Positions 60,001 to 64,000 of a stretch of 64,000 nucleotides of DNA are shown here, piece by piece. Position 1 is the stretch's first letter. Every line of letters starts with the position of its first letter. Both the position numbers and the translations under genes were made by a program. The notes below the pieces were generated by a model. That model was not told where the DNA came from. It did no database searches and saw only the letters and a program-made list of their open reading frames with translations. This stretch comes from an uncultured Alphaproteobacteria bacterium (GTDB taxonomy: Bacteria > Pseudomonadota > Alphaproteobacteria > HIMB59 > GCA-002718135): NCBI GenBank assembly GCA_902628835.1, contig CACOPD010000001.1, forward strand, positions 185,715 through 249,714. Direction: 5' to 3'.

Positions 60001-61003
60001 CCATAACTCCTTTTCTTATTCTTGGATCAATTATAGCTAAAATAATATCCGTTATAAAATTAACAAAAACAATTGTTGCTGTTAAAAGAAAAATAATTGC
60101 GCCTGCTAATTGCTGATCATTTGATCTGGCTAAAGCTTCAATCAATAGTGCGCCAGCTTCCGTAAGAATTAAAATTAATGCTACAATTGGTAATGCACTA
60201 AATATTCGATTAAGGTCAAAACCTATAGAATTAATAACTGGACCTAAAGAATGTTTTGCAGGATATCTCCACAACAAACTCATCCCTGATATTCCTCTAG
60301 CTCTTGCTGCCATTACATATAATTTATCATTTTCATCTAGCATCAGTGCTCTAACTGTCTGAAGAGCAAAAGCTGTTGCGTTCCATCCTAAAACAAAAAT
60401 TGGAAGCCAAGCTCTACTTAAAAAATCAAATAATTTTGCTGATGACCAAGGTTCATTTTCATATTCTTGAGAGAACAAACCTGTCATTGTATCTCCATAA
60501 TAAACAGTCATAAAAAGCATAATACAAAGAGCTACTAAAAAATTGGGAAGGGCAATTCCAAGATAACTAATAAATTTAAGTGTATTATCTAATGACGCAT
60601 ATCTTGTCGTGGCTGATATGATCCCAACTGGTATTGCAATTAAATATGAAAATATTAGTGCAACCAAACATATCGTTAGAGATAAAGTAAATCTTCCACT
60701 TAATAACTCATTAATATTCATTCTTAAAATACAACTGTCACCAAAATCTCCATTAAAAACTATATTGGAAACCCATTTGCCATATCTATACAAAAAAGGT
60801 TTATCTAGACCTAAACGAATTTTTTCTTTTTCTATATCTTCATAAGTTATTTGTGATCCTTGTGTATTTTTAAATGCTAAATATCTTTCAGCACAAGTTC
60901 CAGGAACTAATTCCATTAACGAAAAAACAATAAAGCAAACAAGTAACAAAGTTATAATTGCAAGTCCTGCCCTTGTGAGAGTAAATTGTATAAAATTAAT
61001 CAT
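59990..61003 (-). CDS. Peptide-type ABC permease (OppB-like)
   Basis: LGLDKP, GDFGDS, YVMAARARG, IDPRI. Confidence 0.93.
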   Translation of the reverse strand: MINFIQFTLTRAGLAIITLLLVCFIVFSLMELVPGTCAERYLAFKNTQGSQITYEDIEKEKIRLGLDKPFLYRYGKWVSNIVFNGDFGDSCILRMNINELLSGRFTLSLTICLVALIFSYLIAIPVGIISATTRYASLDNTLKFISYLGIALPNFLVALCIMLFMTVYYGDTMTGLFSQEYENEPWSSAKLFDFLSRAWLPIFVLGWNATAFALQTVRALMLDENDKLYVMAARARGISGMSLLWRYPAKHSLGPVINSIGFDLNRIFSALPIVALILILTEAGALLIEALARSNDQQLAGAIIFLLTATIVFVNFITDIILAIIDPRIRKGVMGGG

Positions 61004-61039
61004 ATTTAATAATTAGGAGACAAGAATAATTAAAAAAAG

Positions 61040-61068
61040 AAAAGCGGCAATATATAATTGCCGCTTTT
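61040..61068 (-). terminator. Rho-independent terminator-like hairpin after the SBP gene
   Basis: AAAAGCGGCAAT-ATATA-ATTGCCGCTTTT, followed on the - strand by a long U tract (61032-61043). Confidence 0.75.
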
Positions 61069-61089
61069 TCTATTATTTATTGAGTTAAA

Positions 61090-63144
61090 TTACTCGTCTA
61101 ACCACCATTGAGTAGCTAGGTATGGGTATGTTCTATAATACTCATACGAAGTAGTTTTAAACTGCGTAAAGTTTTTCAAAGCATTTCTGTGATAAGTCGG
61201 GAAAGGTGCTTTCACCGTACCAATCAATAGACTTTGCTCTGTTAACATTGTTGCAATTTTTTCTCCCCACTCATTAGACTCAGCAGTACCAAGTGCATAA
61301 GATTGGAATTTATCAATTCCATCACTTAAGTCATATACCCACTGAGGTGGTTTAGTACCTTCGTCACCATTACTATCAATGTATGCTGCCCAATCTAAAC
61401 CTTGTGTGTGGTTAAAGTAGTTACCAAAAGGAGGTTTAAATGTTTCTGGGTTACCAGCAACAATTGCTAATGGTTGACCTTTGTCCCAAACGTGAACATC
61501 AAGTTGGTTTGCAGCTTGCGAACCACGATATTCATCTGGAGTTACCTCTTTAAAAGTAGTTTTCACTCCTACTTCATTAAAGTATCTTGCAACAAGTTCA
61601 ACTTCAACACCACCAATACCTTGAGTAGCGTAGTCTATGTTAATAGCTAGAGCATCACCATTTGGTAATTCTCTAAATCCATCACCATCAACGTCTTTTA
61701 ATCCTACTTCATCAAGAAGAGCATTTGCTCCATCTGGATCGTATTGAGTCATATGCATTTTTATACTTTCAGGAACGAAGTCAGGTGCAGGAGAAAATCC
61801 TACAAACTGCTCAACTTTACCTAAGCCGTAATATGCAACTTCGTTGATCTCATCTCTATTCATCGCAATTGACATTGCTTGACGGAAACGAATATCTCCA
61901 TAGACTTTACGTTTTTCAGGATCAGGATGTGTTACATTAAAACTAAATAATGCAGCACCACAACCTGGATTGATTTGAACTTGATATCCACCAGACTCAG
62001 CACCATCAAGTAATTGAGGAGCAGACTCTAATTGAACAGACTGTGATTTATAATCAACTTCACCATTAACAAGTTTTAACAATCTTATTTCATTTTCATT
62101 GATGTATCTTTCATTTTGATAATCAATGTATGGTAATTGATTTCCAGCTGTATCAACTTGGAAAAAGTATGGGTTAGCTGCATAGACTCTACCTTCAGTA
62201 GTATCCTCAATAGTCATATAAGCTTCTAATGAAGGATAAGCTGCATAAGGTAATCCAGCAACTAGATCTGGTTTAGCTAGTAAAGGAGTTGGAGTATCAG
62301 TCCAACCAGAGTTACCATAATATGCTGCTAGAGCATCATAACCATTTTCAAATCCTAAAGCTTGTGCATTTGCATCAGCATTTGAATCAATTTCCGGATG
62401 GAATTGTTCTAGGAAATGTGAAGGCATGAAAAACTGGTTATATGACCATGCAATAGTTGCAGTTAAACCAGGAAATGGAGATGGCAAATTAAATCTTACT
62501 GTTTGATCATCAATTACATCAACAGTCATTGGCTCACCACCAACTAATAGATATGGATATGGTTTTTCACGAATATTTGTATTCATCATCAAATCTTCGT
62601 ACCAAAACTCAACATCTCTTGCCACAAAAGGTTCCCCGTTTGACCACTTGTGACCTTTACGTAACATGAATGTTAAAGTAGTGAAATCATCATTCCACTC
62701 ATAATCTTTAGCAACGTTTGGAACGATTGTAGTTAAGTCATCTGCGAAACGTAATAAGTTAACGTGTCTTGTAGATAACATGTCTGAAGTTCCAGCTTCA
62801 GTTGCGTTAGATAAGAAGTTTATTGTATTTCCATATTTACCAATAGACTCATACGGCACTACAACAAGAGGTTCATCAGGTAATCTATCCTCAACTGAAG
62901 GAAGGCTTCCTGGGTTACCTTGTATTGTAGCGTTAATGCTTGCAATATTAGGGTTATCTGAAAACTTCATTGTACAATCAGCTGCACTTTCATATTCTGA
63001 TAACTCATATTGCTGAGGGTATTTTCCGCCTGTTTGTCCGTCGTTCATTGTTGAACCTTGACAATGACCATCTGCAAAAGAGCTTCCACTCCATACAAAA
63101 GTTGCGGAAGAAAATACTAACGCTATGAATAGTTTTTTAAACAT
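61090..63144 (-). CDS. Large family 5 ABC substrate-binding protein (sugar-binding-type subgroup)
   Basis: Signal peptide, LPSVEDRLP, LRKGHKWSNG, NPYFFQVDTAGNQLPYID; AAGGAG RBS. Confidence 0.9.
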   Translation of the reverse strand: MFKKLFIALVFSSATFVWSGSSFADGHCQGSTMNDGQTGGKYPQQYELSEYESAADCTMKFSDNPNIASINATIQGNPGSLPSVEDRLPDEPLVVVPYESIGKYGNTINFLSNATEAGTSDMLSTRHVNLLRFADDLTTIVPNVAKDYEWNDDFTTLTFMLRKGHKWSNGEPFVARDVEFWYEDLMMNTNIREKPYPYLLVGGEPMTVDVIDDQTVRFNLPSPFPGLTATIAWSYNQFFMPSHFLEQFHPEIDSNADANAQALGFENGYDALAAYYGNSGWTDTPTPLLAKPDLVAGLPYAAYPSLEAYMTIEDTTEGRVYAANPYFFQVDTAGNQLPYIDYQNERYINENEIRLLKLVNGEVDYKSQSVQLESAPQLLDGAESGGYQVQINPGCGAALFSFNVTHPDPEKRKVYGDIRFRQAMSIAMNRDEINEVAYYGLGKVEQFVGFSPAPDFVPESIKMHMTQYDPDGANALLDEVGLKDVDGDGFRELPNGDALAINIDYATQGIGGVEVELVARYFNEVGVKTTFKEVTPDEYRGSQAANQLDVHVWDKGQPLAIVAGNPETFKPPFGNYFNHTQGLDWAAYIDSNGDEGTKPPQWVYDLSDGIDKFQSYALGTAESNEWGEKIATMLTEQSLLIGTVKAPFPTYHRNALKNFTQFKTTSYEYYRTYPYLATQWWLDE

Positions 63145-63170
63145 ATATTTTCTCCTTATAAGATAAATTT

Positions 63171-63194
63171 ATCGTATGATTAATCGTATACAAT
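63171..63194. promoter_or_regulatory. Possible GntR/FadR-like operator pair in the divergent intergenic region
   Basis: ATCGTATGAT and ATCGTATACAAT near-palindromes (GT-AT-AC core) about 27-50 bp upstream of the SBP start. Confidence 0.35.
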
Positions 63195-63262
63195 TTGATA
63201 TTTTTATCAAAAAAATTTAACTGTTTTGATAGGTTTTTTTTTAAAAAATTGTGTATTTCTTA

Positions 63263-63293
63263 TTGACGAAATACTTTAGGTTATGGCTAAATT
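63263..63293 (+). promoter_or_regulatory. Possible sigma70 promoter for the hydrolase gene
   Basis: TTGACG at 63263, 17-bp spacer, GCTAAATT resembling the alphaproteobacterial -10 GCTANA; would give a nearly leaderless mRNA at ATG 63295. Confidence 0.4.
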
Positions 63294-63294
63294 T

Positions 63295-64000
63295 ATGAAA
63301 AAACATAAAAAATCTGTACTTTTTATATGTGCTGACCAATGGCGTTTTGACTGCTTTAGTTTTCTAAATCATCCTTATGCTATTACACCAAACTTAGATA
63401 AGCTTGCTAATCAAAGTGTTGTTTTTAAATCGCATTTTGCCGGAATTGTACCTTGCGGTCCATCTAGAACTACTATGCTTACGGGTTTATACCCATTTAT
63501 ACATCGCTCAGTATATAATGGCGCCCCTCTAGATAAAAGATTTACAAATATTGCTAAAGAGGTTCGTAAACTAAATTATAATCCAAGTCTTTATGGGTAT
63601 ACAGATACATCTTGGGATCCAAGATACTTAGACCCAAAAGATAAAAAAAATTTTACTTATGAATCTCCAATGGAAGGTTTTGATGATGGTTGTGTTTTAC
63701 CTGGAGGAAAACCAGAACCCTGGGCTAAACATCTTAATCAAAATGGTTTTGAAATTAATAAAGCAGAAGATTTGTACAAAGGAAGAAATCCTAAAGACGA
63801 TCAAGCATATATTTATGAACCATATTATATTCCAACTGAATTTTCAGATACCGCATTTTTAGCAGACAAAGTTGTTAATGATTTAAAAAAAGTCAAAGAT
63901 CCATTTTTTATGCATGTATCTTTTTTAAAACCACACCCACCATTCCATGTTTCTGAACCATGGTTTAGCAAATTTAATCCAGATAATATTAATTTATTTA
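63295..64000 (+). CDS. Sulfatase/alkaline-phosphatase superfamily enzyme, phosphonate monoester hydrolase-like; truncated by the window end
   Basis: Manual translation MKKHKKSVLFICADQWRFD...TPNLD...VPCGPSRTTMLTGLY...YGYTDTSWDPR...KPHPP; CxPxR formylglycine motif; absent from the ORF track because there is no stop in the window. Confidence 0.85.
   Translation, partial: MKKHKKSVLFICADQWRFDCFSFLNHPYAITPNLDKLANQSVVFKSHFAGIVPCGPSRTTMLTGLYPFIHRSVYNGAPLDKRFTNIAKEVRKLNYNPSLYGYTDTSWDPRYLDPKDKKNFTYESPMEGFDDGCVLPGGKPEPWAKHLNQNGFEINKAEDLYKGRNPKDDQAYIYEPYYIPTEFSDTAFLADKVVNDLKKVKDPFFMHVSFLKPHPPFHVSEPWFSKFNPDNINLF

Noticed and set aside
63195-63210. FNR box (TTGAT...ATCAA)
   Set aside because: Spacer is 6 nt rather than the required 4
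907-63862. Short antisense or out-of-frame ORFs in the track (e.g. 907-1089, 14582-14914, 31163-31432, 34679-34927, 42883-43080, 63659-63862)
   Set aside because: They overlap well-supported genes and show no recognisable motifs; treated as shadow ORFs
1-64000. CRISPR arrays, tRNA/rRNA genes, riboswitches, transposases or integrases
   Set aside because: None recognised; intergenic gaps are under about 170 bp and show no such repeats or structures by eye, although a covariance-model search was not possible

Overview
A gene-dense, very AT-rich window from what looks like a streamlined marine alphaproteobacterium (SAR11/HIMB59-like; this is inferred from tiny intergenic spaces, ALA synthase, a GcrA-like gene and a GcvT-family dehydrogenase). 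About 1-38 kb is mostly housekeeping: saccharopine pathway pair, uvrB, a peptide-type ABC transporter, nth, a heme cluster with an apparent HemC-HemD fusion and HemG, a MotA/MotB-like pair, cfa, a stand-alone GcrA C-terminal domain, msrA and agmatinase. About 38-64 kb is a catabolic island with two parts. (i) A hexuronate module: UxaC/UxuB/UxuA, a GH31 glycosidase and a sugar ABC transporter. (ii) A probable sulfoquinovose (SQ) module, the best candidate for an undescribed system: a GH188-like NAD+-dependent sulfoquinovosidase, a fucose-isomerase-family (SqvD-like) isomerase, a YihV-like sulfofructose kinase, a mutarotase, SlcC-like sulfolactate dehydrogenase and ComDE sulfopyruvate decarboxylase, behind a peptide/nickel-type ABC importer and next to a phosphonate-monoester-hydrolase-like gene. 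This suggests a hybrid sulfoglycolysis route that continues to sulfoacetaldehyde in one cell. The aldolase, sulfolactaldehyde dehydrogenase and Xsc are not in the window. No rRNA, tRNA, CRISPR array or mobile element was recognised. All family assignments come from motif recognition by eye, not database searches.
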